A stretch of 64,000 nt of DNA from assembly GCA_951406725.2 (NCBI GenBank), contig OX597824.1, positions 45,694,001-45,758,000 on the forward strand. The letters run 5' to 3'. The translations under genes and the position numbers were made by a program. This stretch comes from Octopus vulgaris. Its lineage: Eukaryota. Shown in pieces: positions 38,201 to 52,671 of the stretch (within the stretch, counting starts at the first letter, position 1; each line of letters begins with the position of its first letter). The notes beneath the pieces are model-generated. The model saw only the letters and a list, made by a program, of their open reading frames with translations. It was not told the origin of the DNA and searched no databases.

Positions 38201-41200
38201 ATTGTAACAATGTATTGATGTTGGGCCTTTAAGATCCAGGTATAATCCATTTGACTGGCTTCTAAACACTTCCTGTCTACCCAATTTCAAACACAAAGGT
38301 TGAGTTGACCTGAACCCATGATATAAAAGATGCAACTCCAAATGCCACACAGTAGGATCTTATCTAGGACCTCATGATTTCATAATGAACACCTTAATCA
38401 TTTGGCCAGTTATAGAGAGAGAACTAAACATTGGTTTCTAATTTAGTCATAAGGCCAACAATTTTGGGGCATAAGATAAGTCAGTTACATTGACCCCAAT
38501 ATTTGACAGGTACCTATTTTATCAATCTTGAAAGGATGAAAAGCAAAACTGACCTTGATGGTATTTGAACTCAGAATCTAAAGAATCAGAAGAAATACCA
38601 CTAATACCTCTAAGCATTTTGTCCGACATGCTCGTGATTCTATCAGTTCACCGCTTTAATAGAACTAAATATTGAAATCCATTCGGTATGGAACTCTCTT
38701 GTTTCTGCCACTCCATGACCTAATCAGGCATGAGATCAATATCTGTAAAAGAGGGAAATGGTTGATTGCACTGGCCCGTTATACTGTTGTATATGTTATT
38801 GATCTCAGACAAGGATCTTGATATTATTACTGCTTCTGTTGTTGTCGTTGTTGTTGCTGCTGCTGCTGTTGTTGTTGCTGCTATTGTTGCTATAATTGTA
38901 ATAGTTGCTGCAACCTTTCTTCCTCATTGTGTGGGTTTTTCTCATGTAGTAATTTGAACTCAGCACACTTATAAGCCCACAAAACACTTGCTTCTGCCAC
39001 CTATGTTAATGAACTACACCAACCTATTACAGCTAATTTGCCAGGATGGTTAGAAAGGCATGCTATTTTCACCCTGTAGCATTACCATTTGCACCCCATG
39101 CCATGAGATAACACAAGAGAACAGTAGAGTTGTTACTACTCTTATTGTTGTTATTGCTTATGATGTGATATGATCCAGATCATAGTATAGAGATATAGCT
39201 GAACAAAAGCTTGGAGTGGAAAACCCCTGAGCTCACTGTTCAACATTTATGATATATTTGAAATGTTAGTTTCTGTTGAACTTTTAACTTTAGATTAACT
39301 GTCAAGTCAACACCATCATTTTGGTATTGTTTTGGAGAATTCCAGTCAAAGATTTTGTAGGCAGGTTGTTTGAAGAAACTTAGAGGAAGAAGGGCATCCA
39401 GAACTGGTTTTTGAAACATATACCAAGGAGTATTCTATCCAATGCTTTAATAGCTCTGTCACTTTGCCTCTTTGCAGTACAGCACTACATGCCAATAAAA
39501 CATTTGCTAATTATAGTTACTCCAGAGCTTACAGAAATTAATTGTACTTTCTCTTTATAGCACATATCTTAACCTAAACAAATCAGATATATTATATTGC
39601 TGGAGTTCAAGTTTTGTTCTCCATATTACTTCAAGTAACATCTCATACATGATGGCCTTTGTTTATTTCTTTCTTATTTTTTTTAAATAGCATTATTCAA
39701 ACATAGATCAACTCTAACTGAGCAGATTTTTGATCTCTGACATCTCAGCCATGATCACTTCATCCTTTTCTCCAGCATTGCTTCATTTATGACTTTATCT
39801 TCTGATGTATTCCTCTCTTTTTAAGATGGCAGGGTGACATTTGAGGGGGATTTAAGTGCTATTTCTAACAAATTAAATGACCATAACTATATACAGGCTT
39901 TCTCATTGGCTCAGTTATTTTTACTTCTATTTTTAATGTAGATGTAGTGTACTTTTGTGCAGTGTGTAGAAATATAGTGCATACAATTATGTAGCAGAGC
40001 AGAAGCTTAGCTTTATATAATACAGCATAAGGCTACAGCTGATTCCAATATTTCAATATTGTTTGATTGGCTCCTTTTTAAAGAGTTTATCCTTCTTCCT
40101 GACACATAGATGTTAAGGAATACTGCCACATTGTTGTTTCAGCTATTTTTGCTTGTTTGATTATTCCATTCTTAACAACAATTTCTCCTTTCAGTGAGGT
40201 TGTTCGTGTGTGCCATGTGTAAAAATTTGAGCTTAGTTCTGTAAGACAAAACAATGAAATACTCATCAATCATGTTATATTCTTGTTGTTTGCGACTGTG
40301 AACTAAATACTCTTCCACCTCCTGGCATTTACAATTGTTTGCTATAATCCAATGCTGACCTAAAGACAGAACCTTATAGTCAGGCAGTCGTTTTTGCAGT
40401 TGTAATCCCATATTGACTTTGAGTAAATTATGATCAAAATTATTGCAATTCTTTTGTTAAAGAAGTGTCTTATTCTATATTAAACAACATATTCTTTCTC
40501 GTTTAAGATGGTAGGTTGTGATTTGAGGTATATTTGGCAGCAATTTCTAGAGGAACATGTAAACAAATAAAAGCCTTGCAGCTGTTAATCTTTTTACTAC
40601 ACTATTTTTACTACTATTTTTTTTTACTACAACTGTTTTTTTCTCATTTTTACTAATACCATAAATGTTGTCATAATTGTTGTCAAAAGCTGTTGTTGTT
40701 TTGCTCCAGGTTAACTCTCATTAAGAAAACCTACAATCAAAGTCATTCCAATTATTTTCCTCCATGTAATAGATCCAGGATATTATTATCCAACTTGTCC
40801 TTTTCTTAAGATTATAGGCTGTGATTTGAGAGACATGGCTGCTATTTCTAACAGGTTGAGTGAGCATGTAGAAATGTCTTCAAGCTTGGTTTCATGCTGT
40901 TGCTACTAATACTGCTGCTTGTTTTGTTGTAAATGTTGTTATTACTTTTGTGACTGTTTTTCCTCTCACTCTCACTATCACAGGAAAATCAAAGCCAATC
41001 AGTCAGACATTTGTGTGTGGTTCATATTCCAGGCTTCAATGACTTTCCCTCCCACCTCCACTGGTCAATGATGCATATAAAATCAATAGTTTAGATCAGA
41101 TCTACTCATCGACCATTTTCTTTATATTGATGATGACGTAGCTGGTGGCAGAGATGCTGGTAGTGGTGATGATGGCAGTGGTGGTGATGGTGGTAGCAGT

Positions 41201-41645
41201 GGCAGTAGTTGTGGTGGTGGTGGTGGTGGTTGTGGTGGTGGTGGTGACGTTGTTGTTGTTGCTGTTGCTGTTGCTGTTGGTGGTGGTGGTGGTAGTAATA
41301 ATGGTGATAGGGAGTGACAGTTGTACTAGCAGCTGTAGCAGTAGCAGCAGCAATGGCAATTAGATTGATTATGGTGATGGTGTTAACGATATTTGATATT
41401 CTTCGAATGAAACAGCAAACTTATAAATACACAAGTATAAAAAAAATAATAATAATAATACATAAAATAAAAGAAAAGAAAAGCAGATGACACCAGTCAA
41501 TATCAACGTTGCTCCTATTTGTTCTCATTTTTTCCTTACTGAGATTATATCGCAGCATTCCTCCTTGAAATTAAGTGACACACATGCATGCACACTCATG
41601 TACATTCACACATGCACACATATACCTAAATATAAATGTGTTCGT

Positions 41646-41680
<35 letters not shown>

Positions 41681-42154
41681 TTATTCTTCAATATCTTCAA
41701 TGGGACCTTTTCTTTCCTTTAAAAGAGGTCAAATATATGGATTTTTGTGTTTTTAGATTGGTACAGTGCCCTACATTCTTAAATGGAGGGAAAATTGGAT
41801 TATGTGATGTTCATGCCTTTTATATTCTCATTTTTTTCTTCTCTAAGAAGTATCATTGATTTAAAGGAAATGAAATGACTTTAAAAATAAGGTTTGAACT
41901 TATCTTATACTTTTATACTTTTAGTATTTCTAGTCAGTTGAGTGTGGCTATGCTGGAGCACCAAAAACAAGTTATTGTTTTTCTTTTATTCGATCTTATT
42001 AATCAAAGTATTTAATTTAATTGTACTGTTAATGTTCACTTTTCTAGGCTTGCCAAGGTCAGACAAAATTTGTTGAAGTAGATTTTCTATGGCTGGACAC
42101 CCTTCTTATTGCCAAACTTTGCTTGTTTCCAAACATGGTTATATTAGGTTATAG

Positions 42155-42455
42155 TAGTGAAGGCATGTGACTTGTTGGTTAGGGTATTCAGCTCAGTAAG
42201 GTCATGGGTTAGATTCTCAGTGACACATTGTGTCCTTAAGCAAGACACTTTATTTCAAATTGCTCCAGTTCACTCAGCTGGCAAAAACGAGTTGTACCTG
42301 TATTTTAAAGGGGCCAGCCTTGTCACTCTTAGTGACCAATGTTAAGGGTACACATGTCTGTTAGGTGCTCAGCCACTTACATGGGAATTCCACAAGCAGG
42401 CTGTTCCACTGATCAAATCAACTGGAACCCTTGTTATCATAACTGATGGAATGCC
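42155..42455 (+). mobile_element. Family S3 SINE (old copy)
   Basis: GGTTAGGGTATTC head, GTCCTTAAGCAAGACACTT, CTCAGCCACTTAC and CAACTGGAACCCT. Confidence 0.75.
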
Positions 42456-42737
42456 AGTTTTTTTATATTAGGTCAGAAAGAAAGAGCTGTCACATTTTTC
42501 ATATGATTTTTTTTGAGGATACTTTTACAATATTTCCAGTAAAATTTGCATCAGTTTACATTCTGATGCTTTTTTTTTTCTCATTCTTTGTAGATTACAA
42601 TTTACCATAAGAGTTAAATTCATATCAATTCTACCCTTTTAAAATGAGTTTAGATGAGATTCATATCAAATATTGCATACTGTATGAATTCAAAAGTAGC
42701 TCTTCAGCATATAAAGTGATAAGAAATAGTCACATAA

Positions 42738-43120
42738 GCACAGGTGTAGCTGTGTGGTAAGAAGTTTGCTTTCTAACCACATGGTTCCAGGTTTAGTCCC
42801 ACTACATTGCACTTTGGGCAGATGTCTTCTACTATAGCTTCAGGCCAACCAAATCATTGTGAGTGGATTTGGTAGAAGGAAAATGAAAAAAAAAACTATT
42901 GTATATGTATATACATGTATATATCTATGTGTGTGTTCTTGTGTCTGTGTTTGTCCTCCACCACCACTTGACAAACAGTGTTGGTGTGTTTACATTCCTG
43001 TAACTTAATAGTCTGGCAAAAGAGACGAATAGAATAAGTACCAGGCTCAAAAAAAAAAATGTACTGTAGTCAATTAATTTGACAAAAAAATTCTTTGAGG
43101 TGGTACTCCAGCATGGCTGT
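42738..43120 (+). mobile_element. Family S1 SINE
   Basis: GCACAGGTGTAGCTGTGTGGTAAGAAG..GTACTCCAGCATGGCTG. Confidence 0.85.
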
Positions 43121-43228
43121 ATACACCAACAATGCTTTGACCAATTTCACTTTGGAAATTTTTCTCTTGCAGGCCCTGCTCAGTAAGAGAGTACTGGGTG
43201 CCTTTTGTTATGGTCCCAGCACTATTCT

Positions 43229-43452
43229 TATTTCTTTATTGCCCACAAGGGGCTAAACATAGAGGAGACAAACAAGGACAGACAAAAGGATTAAGTCGAT
43301 CACATTGACCCCCCGTGTGTAACTGGTACTTATTTAATTGACGCTGAAAGGATGAAAGGCTAAGTCGACCTCGGTGGAATTTGAACTCAGAACATAGCAG
43401 TAGACGAAATACTGCTAAGCATTTCGCCCACCGTGCTAACGATTCTGCCAGC
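43229..43452 (-). mobile_element. Family S2 SINE with flanking 13-bp direct repeat
   Basis: CCAGCACTATTCT at 43216-43228 and 43448-43460, read as a target-site duplication overlapping 5' microhomology. Confidence 0.9.
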
Positions 43453-45303
43453 ACTATTCTGTTATTATTCTATTATTGGTTTCAGTCAGAGGCTGTGGCC
43501 ATCCTGGGGTGCCCCACTAAAATAGAAACTGCCACAATAATATTAGTGTAGGGTCAATGTGGAAGCAGAGATACTGATATTGACAATATATATGTAGATG
43601 TTTATGGACCCAGGATCTTTTCAATAGTCAAAATTTATATTTAAAAAAGTAAACCATCCTTAGGCAGGCTTGAACTCTGAACCTTTCTGTTAACTGCCAA
43701 ATGTGCTCACTGACTGATTGCACTACAGTGACAACTAGTGAGTTATATTTTATTATGTATCAAAAAAATAAAGAGGAACCTGTATTTTATTCAGTTATTC
43801 TCTTGCAATACAGTCTGCCACAAGTAGTTAACTCATCTTCATCGTCATCATCGTCGTCGTCATCATCATCGTCATCATCGTCGTCGTCATCATCATCATC
43901 ATCATCATTTAATATTTGTTTTGTATGTTGGCATGGGTTGAACGCTTTGGTAGGAGCTGGTTAGCCAGAAGACTGCACCAGGCTTCACTGACTGTTTTGG
44001 CACTGTTTTTACACCTAGATACCCTTCCTAACACCAACCACCCCACAGAGTGTACTAAGTACTTTATTTTTATGTGGCACCAGCACCAGGGAGGTCTGTT
44101 TTGGCATCGTTTTTATGGCTGGATGTCCTTCCTAATGCTAATTAGTTTACAAAGTGGCCTGGGTGCTATAAAAAAATTGAATTCTTATCACCACTGGATT
44201 TTCCATAGGTACCCACTGGTACTGTAAGAATGCAGACATGTGACGCTATGGATGATAGTGAAATATGAGCAGTAAATGCAGAGAATTTAGAATGACAGTA
44301 AACTAATGAAGTCCTTGTCATTTACTTAGTATTCATTCTGGCAATATCAATGAGCTGAATGTTCCATGGTAACTATGATTGGGGCAGGTAAATACATTGT
44401 GTTGCAGTTCTATCTAACCCAGACATGTAGCAATGCAATGAGGCACTTGTCACTGCTGTTGATAATAAACAATGATGATGATGATAATGATGATGATGAC
44501 GACGACGACGACAATAATGATGAATGATGATGGTGAAAGATAATGATGGTGAAAGATGATGGTGGAAGATGATGATGATGCTGATGATGAGGAGGTAGAG
44601 AAGGTAGAGTTGGAAGTGAAAGAGTATGATGATGGTGATGGAGGTGATGATGATGGTGATGATGATAATGATGATGAGGATGATGGCAGTGGTGATGATG
44701 ATGATGATGTTGATGAGCCAGTGGATGATGATGATGAGGATGTAGGCGTTTGAAGACAGTCACAACCACTAAGACCCAGATGATTATGACGACGGTAATA
44801 AAGACATTAACAGCATTGCCAACAACAACAACAACAACAACAGTAACAACATAGATGATGATAATAATAAAGATAATTAGATAATAATGATTATGATGAC
44901 GTGATGATGATGGATCAAAGAGTACATCAGAGTATCACATATTTGCTGCCCACGTTTAACGCTTCATATATGTTGTTAATTCCACCCCCACCGATCAAAT
45001 GTATTGATTCTATATGTATAAATGGCAATTACTGAAATTCTAGAACTTTATTAAAATTACAACTGTTCCTTTCACTCCTTGTTAATGTATATTTCATTAT
45101 TGTTGCTATGTTTTAGGGTGGAGCAGAGGTGGAAAGGCTTAAATAACATGTTATTTTGGGAATTTACAAAATTATATTTAAATTTTAACTGGCGATATTA
45201 CTGACTTCCATCAATTTATTTGCTTTGTTGTGGCTTTGCTCAAGATGCAGTTGTTACTTATATATGTATACACACACACACAGACACACACACACACACA
45301 TAA

Positions 45304-45347
<44 letters not shown>

Positions 45348-45486
45348 GACTCCCTCGTCATTAGATGATGTATGAGGTTTTGACAATTTCTTACCGAACA
45401 ACCACACAGAGGATTTATTTATAGTGATCAAATGTTTGTGTGTATATATATACATATATGTGTGTGTGTGCGTGCGTGCATGCATG

Positions 45487-45557
<71 letters not shown>

Positions 45558-45594
45558 GTGCATGTGTGTGTATGTCTCTTCTATTTTTTAATTA

Positions 45595-47882
45595 TTATAA
45601 ATCTTCCACTGAGGAGGGAGCTGGTTTCCCACAAAGATACAAGACTTCACATTTGGAACTTGAGAAAAGTCTTGCACATTTTTACTGTTCCACTCACATA
45701 TTGCACTTGTAGTGTACGAATTAGCCAGTCGATTTCTCTTTCTGAAAATCCCCATTTATCCAGATTCTCCTTGAAGCACTTACTAGCAAAGCGTAGGGCT
45801 CCAGTAATTATTGGTATGAATATGAATTCATAGTCTGGACATAGAAGCTGGAGGTTTTGAAGCAGTTCTCCATAGATATCCTCCTCTTATCTTTGATTTT
45901 CAAAGAGATATTTATATCTGCAGGGTAGCTGACCTCTATGATAGAACACACCTTTGCCCCTCTGTCCCAAACAACAATATCTGGCCTGAGATGTTTATAT
46001 TTGATGGAAGTTTTGATGGGAATATTCTACCAGTATTCATTGAATTGGTTTTTTATGAATGTATTCCATAACAGAAGGATTTTATAAGTTTATTTCAGGA
46101 CAGTCTTTTTTGCAGATGGGTTTGTAAATTGTTTTAGCAACAACATTGTGCCACATAGGAAGGTAGTACCATGATGGCATTTTAGGAGAGCTGCTAATCA
46201 TATGCGTGATGTCGTCCACAGAAACATGACATAACCTACACATGTGGCTGCACCTTGGGATTACAAGAGGATCACTGTCTCTCTTGTTCACTAGGTACTT
46301 TGTGGCAATCTGGATTGCAAATGGATAACTTTCAAAGTGTGACGTGATATAGTGGTCTTGTGTCCAAGAGAGGCTGCGCTTCATGGCAATTCTACTGTCT
46401 TCTTGAAGCTTCCAGGAAACATACCCTGCATAGTCTTTTTTTTATGTATGCTGAATGCTTTCTATCCAGGTCTTCTCTAAGGTAAGATAGCCCACTGCCA
46501 ACTCGTACAATGTTGCTGACTTCACTTTTCAGCAATGCATTTCTATATTTATTTTTGCTGCTGTTGTTTAGTAGGTGCTGCCTGAGTGATACCATACAGC
46601 ATTCAAAGGCCGTCTGCACTGATCTCAGGCCTCTACCACCTTCATTTCTTTTTAGGTAGAGCCTGTCAACATCACTGTTTCTGTGGAAGTTCCCAGTTTT
46701 TGTCAGGATTTTGCGGGTTTTGATATCTATGGAGTGGATTTCCTCTACAGACCAATCAAATATCCTAAATGTTGGGATCAGCACTGGTACTGTATTGCAA
46801 ATTCATTGAGGGATATTGTTTTGTTGTAAGGGGAGAGTTCCAACTGCCATATTTTCCTAAGTCTGGTGTAATATTCTTGGGTCACTCAATCTTTATTCGC
46901 AGTTCCTTCATATGATGCATTTTCTCCTATGCCTAGGTACTTGTAACATTGTTTATGTGAAATGAGGGAGATAGAGAGACCACTGATGTAGAAGTTTGGG
47001 ATTTGGGGGACTGACTTTCCTTGTTCTATAACCAAAATTGAATATTTCTTTTGGCTGAAAATGTTGTTATTAATTCCAGTTGTTTTTTGACATTGTTTAC
47101 ACTTTTAGCATAAATCTTGAGGTCATCTACAAAGAAATTATGAGTTACGTTGATATTTCTAGCAGTTGAATATCCTAGCATGTAATCATTTGTTTTCTGC
47201 AGTAGGAACGATAATGGATTCAGTGCCAAAATGAAAAGAAGTACAAAAAGACTATCTCCCTGGAATATTCCCTTTGAAATGCCTATAGTATCTGAAACAA
47301 TTATTCTGTTCTCAGTTGGAAGGGTGAGAATCGTTGTCCATGTCTTTGTGAATCTCTCTATAGCAGCAATTAGAGTGGTAGGTACTTTTGCCAGATGTAG
47401 GCACTTCGACAGCCATGAATGAAGGATAGATTCAAATGCCTTCTTATAGTCAAGCCATACTGTATTGAGGTTTCTATGCTACTTTCTTACTTCCGACTAT
47501 GCAGCTTTGTTTATTAAAAGTTGTTTGGAACATCCCCACACTCCCTTCTTTCCACTCCGGCGTCTGGCGACGGACTTGGTAAACACCCACAAAGTTATCA
47601 ACCACCTCACCAACAACAACACTGAACACCTTTTTGATCTCCATGTGTCTAACACACGTGGACATGCCTACAAAGTCAGAAAACAACACAGCTCCCATGA
47701 CTTTCGGAAACATTTTTTCACGCTCAGAGTTGCTGAAGCATAGAATAAACTGCCTGCGTCAGTTGTTGACTGCCATGACACTGCATCCTTTAAGGCCCTC
47801 ATGCTTTCCGAAATCCGCCGAAACTACACCTGATTATATATACACTTTAGATGAGTTGTAGTGCACCTGGGCACTGTACACA

Positions 47883-47934
<52 letters not shown>

Positions 47935-48260
47935 GTCACAATGTTGTTCGACACACAATGGTCCTGGAGGAATTGCTTGAGGCAACTTGTGTACAGTTTG
48001 TACATAATGTTTAGGCAAGCAATGAGCCTGTAGTTTCCTGCCATCTCAGTGATTTCATTTTTGGCAACAAGATTTGTCCTTGCTGTAGCAAGACAATTTG
48101 GCATATCAGTCTGACTTTCCATAGTCCTTTTGAACATACACATCAACAGGTTTCTATAAAATATCAGCTTCTTGTTCCAATATCCAACTATTAGGTCCCT
48201 TCCAGGTGCCTTCCCATTCTGCAGCTTGCCTACTACTATAGCGAAGGTTTCTGCATCAAT
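45595..48260 (-). mobile_element. R4/Dong-type LINE (RT plus REL), decayed and interrupted by a CR1 fragment
   Basis: NYRLIACLNIMYKL, WLDYKKAF, GIFQGDS, HNFFVDDLKIY, FHRNSDVDRLYL..GGRGL, CRLCHVSVDDITHMISS, RPDIVVWD and SGTVKMCKTF. Confidence 0.93.
47554..47933 (+). mobile_element. CR1-clade LINE 3' end with (ATT)n tail
   Basis: LRRLATDL..TRGHAYKV..RKHFFTLRV..NKLPASVV. The same 3' UTR recurs at 62207-62320. Confidence 0.9.
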
Positions 48261-48836
48261 TTTTTATGTTCTATGCGTGTCATTATTCAGTTAATTTCAA
48301 GATTTCTTGCCAATAGATAAAGAACCAGTTTCTAACCTTGATCCAAGGCTCCTTCATTGGAATTTCAACATCAACAACACAGTATTTTTGTTTGTATGTA
48401 TGTATGTATGTATGTATGTATGTATGTATGTATGTGTACATACATACATATAAACCATCCAACCCATGCCAGCGAGTAAAACAGATGTTAAATGATGATG
48501 ATGATTATATATATATATTAATCAAAGTTTACAATATTATATGTTCATTATGGCCAATTGTACTAATCAGTTACATACTAGGTATTCAACAGAGCATTTG
48601 ATAACAGCCTGGTTATGTAACCCAGTACTCTTCAGAGATGGAAGATATGGAATGAAATATGGAGACTTTTCTCTATTGTTGGAGGTGAAAAGACACATCC
48701 AGTTTGTAGTTACTGTGCAAAAGATGATGAAACAATATATATATGACCCGTCCTTGTTTTCTTTGTATTGTCTATCTGGATGTTTTTTGTCCCTTTTTTG
48801 TACCACCTAACTGTTTTGCGTTCTTGTCCCGTTTTG

Positions 48837-48926
<90 letters not shown>

Positions 48927-48993
48927 ACACACACACACACAATCCAAATAATGATAAGTCAAAGAATTTCTTTAACACATCTTTAATGATATT

Positions 48994-49110
48994 CATTACA
49001 ATTGTTTCTGTACCAACTCTCATTGCAATGCCAGTTTATGCAAAATTTCGAAGTGAAAATTTACATAATGTTTGCACTTTTAGACATTAGAGTGGCATTT
49101 CACCCAGACT
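48994..49110 (-). ncRNA. Degenerate hammerhead remnant
   Basis: Minus strand reads CTGGGTGA-AATGCCACTCT-(long insert)-AGAGTTGGTACA-GAAAC-AATT-GTA. Confidence 0.45.
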
Positions 49111-49599
49111 TGTTTCAAGGTGCACTCTTACATTGTGCGTCATATTTATATATCCAAAACTAGGATTCACTTCCACTGTGTGGCCCCTTGGGTAAGTGTC
49201 TTCCACTATAGCCTCAGGCTGACCAGGGCCTTGTGAGTGGATTTGGTTGATGAAAACTGAAAGAAACCCATCAAAGTATATTTATATGTGTGTGTGTGTG
49301 TGTGTATGTGTGTGTGTGTGGCTTTGTATTTGTGTTTGTCCCCCACCATCACTTGACAACCGGTGTTGGTGTGTTTATGTCCACATACCTTAACTGTTCA
49401 GCAAAAAGAGACCGATAGAATAAGTATTGGGGTCAGTTCATTTGACTAAAACTTCTCCAAGGTAGAGCCCCAGCTTGGCCACAGTCTAATGAATGAAACA
49501 AGTAAAAGAATAAAAGAATTAGTTTTACTAAGTCTCATTGCATTTCAAGATGAGAAAAGAACAAATGCTTCTTTGGTCTTAATTGATAAAGTTAATTAA

Positions 49600-50708
49600 G
49601 ATAATATTTCTTCTCAGGTTTCAGAGTAAAGAAATACTCAATATCATTTTTAACCTCTTCACAATAAACTGTTTTCCCTCTAAATAATGTTGCAATGATC
49701 TGAAAAGATGGGACAAAGTCAGGAAAGTAAGATAAAACATTCATCTTTTGTGCCATAATCTTTTCTTAAGTGACTTGGACAATATGTGGTCTTGCGTTAT
49801 CATGTAAAAGCAACACCCCATTATGACTGACCAATGATAGGTGCTTTTTCTGCAAAGTTTTGTGCAATGCCTCGAGTTGACAACAATACTTCTCCACATT
49901 ATCTGCTTCATTTTGCTTTAACACTTCATGATAGATGACACCCTTTATATTCCTTCAAACTCTGAGAATCCCTGGTTTGGTGTTGACTCTCCTTTTTCAT
50001 AGGGTGCTAACTGTTATCATTTTTGTTGGATATGGTTATAGAGAACCCAATCTTTATCACTTGTCATGACTCTACTAAGAAAAGGTTCAGTAGCAAATCT
50101 ACTTTTCAATGATGAGCAGAGGGAAACTCTTTAAGTTGAGAAGCAGTTAGATAATGAGTGAAACAACTGACCAAGTTTAGACACTTTTCCTAGTTCATGA
50201 AGGTGCTTTATGATCAAAATGTGCCTTGAATTAAACTTTTGCTAATTCTCATTCAGTTTTGGATTTTCCTCAACTTTCAGAAGCTCAATATTGACAGAAC
50301 TTGATCATCCAGACTGAAGGAAGTCTGTAAGAGAAACATTTCTTGAGTGAAACTGGACAAACCATTATTGGCATGTGGGAATACTAAAAACTTCATTTCC
50401 ATACACAGAAAATATATTTCTTGTCACTTCTTTTGCTGAAGAGCCTCTTTTAAATTCATACAGTATGGTGTATATGGATTCATACAGTATCGAGTGTTTG
50501 AATTCATGCAGTATGGAGTGCTGATCTAAACTCATTGCAAAATGGTAAAATCGATACAAATTTATATTCTATGACATAAAGTAATCTGCAAAGAAAGAAT
50601 AGAACACTAGAATATTAAAATTAATGCATATTCTACTGTAAGTATTGTAAAAGTCCTCTCGAAGTAATCATATCAAAAATGCAACAGGACTTTTTTTCAA
50701 CTATAATA
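49600..50708 (-). mobile_element. mariner transposon relic, near full length
   Basis: ILYEFKRGSSAKEVTRNIFSVYG, FLSRVMTSDKDWVLY (cf. TGDEKW) and VLLLHDNARPH. TIR-like sequence at about 50675-50708. Confidence 0.85.
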
Positions 50709-50714
50709 TGAGTA

Positions 50715-51330
50715 TGTCATCACCATCATTATCATCATCATTTAACATCTGTTGTCCATGATGGCATGGGTTGGACGGTTTGACTGGGCTGGCATACTGG
50801 AAGGCTGCATCAGACTCCAGTCTGATTTGGCATGGTTTTCTATGGCTGGATGTTCTTCCTAACACCAACCACTCCAAGAATGTAATGGGTGCTTTTGCAT
50901 TCCACTGGTACAAGTACCATTTGCGTGACACTGAGGTGCATCTACGTACCACTGGCACAGGTGCCAAGTGGCCATGACTGCAAAGACAACCTCAATTTCA
51001 CTTAGCTTGACATGTTTTCTTAAGCACAGCAAAGCACAGGAGCCTTGGTTCCCTGTCATCTCCTCTGTGAGGCCCAACATCTGAAGATCCTTTCTTACCA
51101 CTTTGTTCCACATCTTACTGGGTCTACTCCTTCCACCTGTTCCCTCCACTATTAGAGATCAGCACTTCTTGATGCATCTGTCTTCATTCATACACATTAT
51201 ATGACTGTACTAGTGCACACTACATCTGATGCTTTATATACCCAGTTTTTCTCTCAAATCACTTCCACTCTGTTGTATATACACACTGACATTACCCATC
51301 CAGACAAGCATACTGGTTTAATTTCTTTCA
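50715..51330 (-). mobile_element. RTE-clade LINE 3' end (ORF C-terminus plus 3' UTR)
   Basis: EGTGGRSRPSKMWNKVVRKDLQMLGLTEEM (RTE GRP..W..D motif), ORF end ..KTCQAK*. The UTR has 1-2 degenerate repeat units and a (GAT)n tail. Confidence 0.85.
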
Positions 51331-52671
51331 AACCGTCACATGTCCTCAGTAGTCACAGCCCATGTCTCACTGCTATGTTGCATACCAAATAATTTTAATT
51401 CTTTTCTTTTTCATTTTGCCTATTTAAAATTGCAACACAAGGAAGATAAGTTTTAAAGGAAATGCATAAATAATCATTATTTTGTATTTAAAATCAGAAT
51501 ACGAGCAAGATTCAGGTTTAGAGGAACTATAATTTTTTTATTGGTATTTAAAACACAATAAAAAATGCTGTAGAGTAAGCTCATAAATCTATATTATATT
51601 TATTTAAAATCTAAACAATAAAATACAAATGTGTTATTTAATTGTTTTGGATTTTAAATGTAAAATGAAAAAAAAATAAAAACTGTGTGAAAAATAAATG
51701 CAGTAACTGCTACAACAACCTCTTTTGTCTAGGTTTCATTCTTGCATAGTTATTTGTTACTTTATTATAACCCATCTCCGTTGCCATCTGTCTTTCAATA
51801 AAGAGAAAGTCGAACGCAGACAATTTATTAGCCATTGTAAAAGGAAGGTATGATTGTATGTGCTGAAGCTAGCTAATGGATCATTCTGTAACTGCACTGG
51901 TTATTAGTAATGATTAGAAAAATATGATACAATGTGGACAGGTTAGAATAAATAGAATACATGTCACCGGTGATCATTAATTTAAGTTTATTGCTGATAG
52001 TCAGTTGTTTGACTCTTGAATTTGGCATACTGCTAGTCCTCACAATCTCTTTGTACATGTCTTTGAATGAAAGAAAATCTTGTACAATTTCAGTTTGGCT
52101 ATGGATGACATCTACATATCTGTCTGCTAAAATCTCTAATTATTCACATTATCTGTGTTGTCTGCTGTGGATCTAAAGCACCAAATTTGGATATTACATT
52201 TTTAAAATGTTCAGTCTTTTTTTTTTTACCTGTGTTATTTATAACAAATTCTAAGAACAGTAAGTAGGTTTCAACTATGAATTGCATTCAGGTGTCAAAT
52301 ATTCCTCCAAACTCTACAACTTCATCATGGAATCTTTGTCCTTTATGTTCTCTGTGCTTCTTGTCTTCCATATTAGTATTACATTTTCAAACTAATTTAG
52401 TTATTTCCTTCTCAGCTTGCTGAGATAGTATTTCTTGCAATCTTAACAATAGATATATAAAATTTAAACTTATACGAACAATAACCTGTTGTGTGATATT
52501 TTATGAAGTGGGCTGAATCACACAAGAAGCTCATAAAGCAATTACATATTTGTTTATGCCACAGCAGAGTATCAGTTCATGACAAGAATATATTATAATA
52601 ATTTGATTTAGGACAATGATCTTTGGTCCATTTTTAACTTTCAGTTATCAACAAACAAGTTGTGTAAATTA

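Noticed and set aside
37495-38350. Acidic or His/Pro-rich ORFs
   Set aside because: They are translations of degenerate trinucleotide and (GT)n tracts, with no splice or domain evidence.
48590-48750. Exon or LINE zinc-finger fragment (CSYCAKDDET)
   Set aside because: Too short, and it lacks the following His and Cys; ambiguous.
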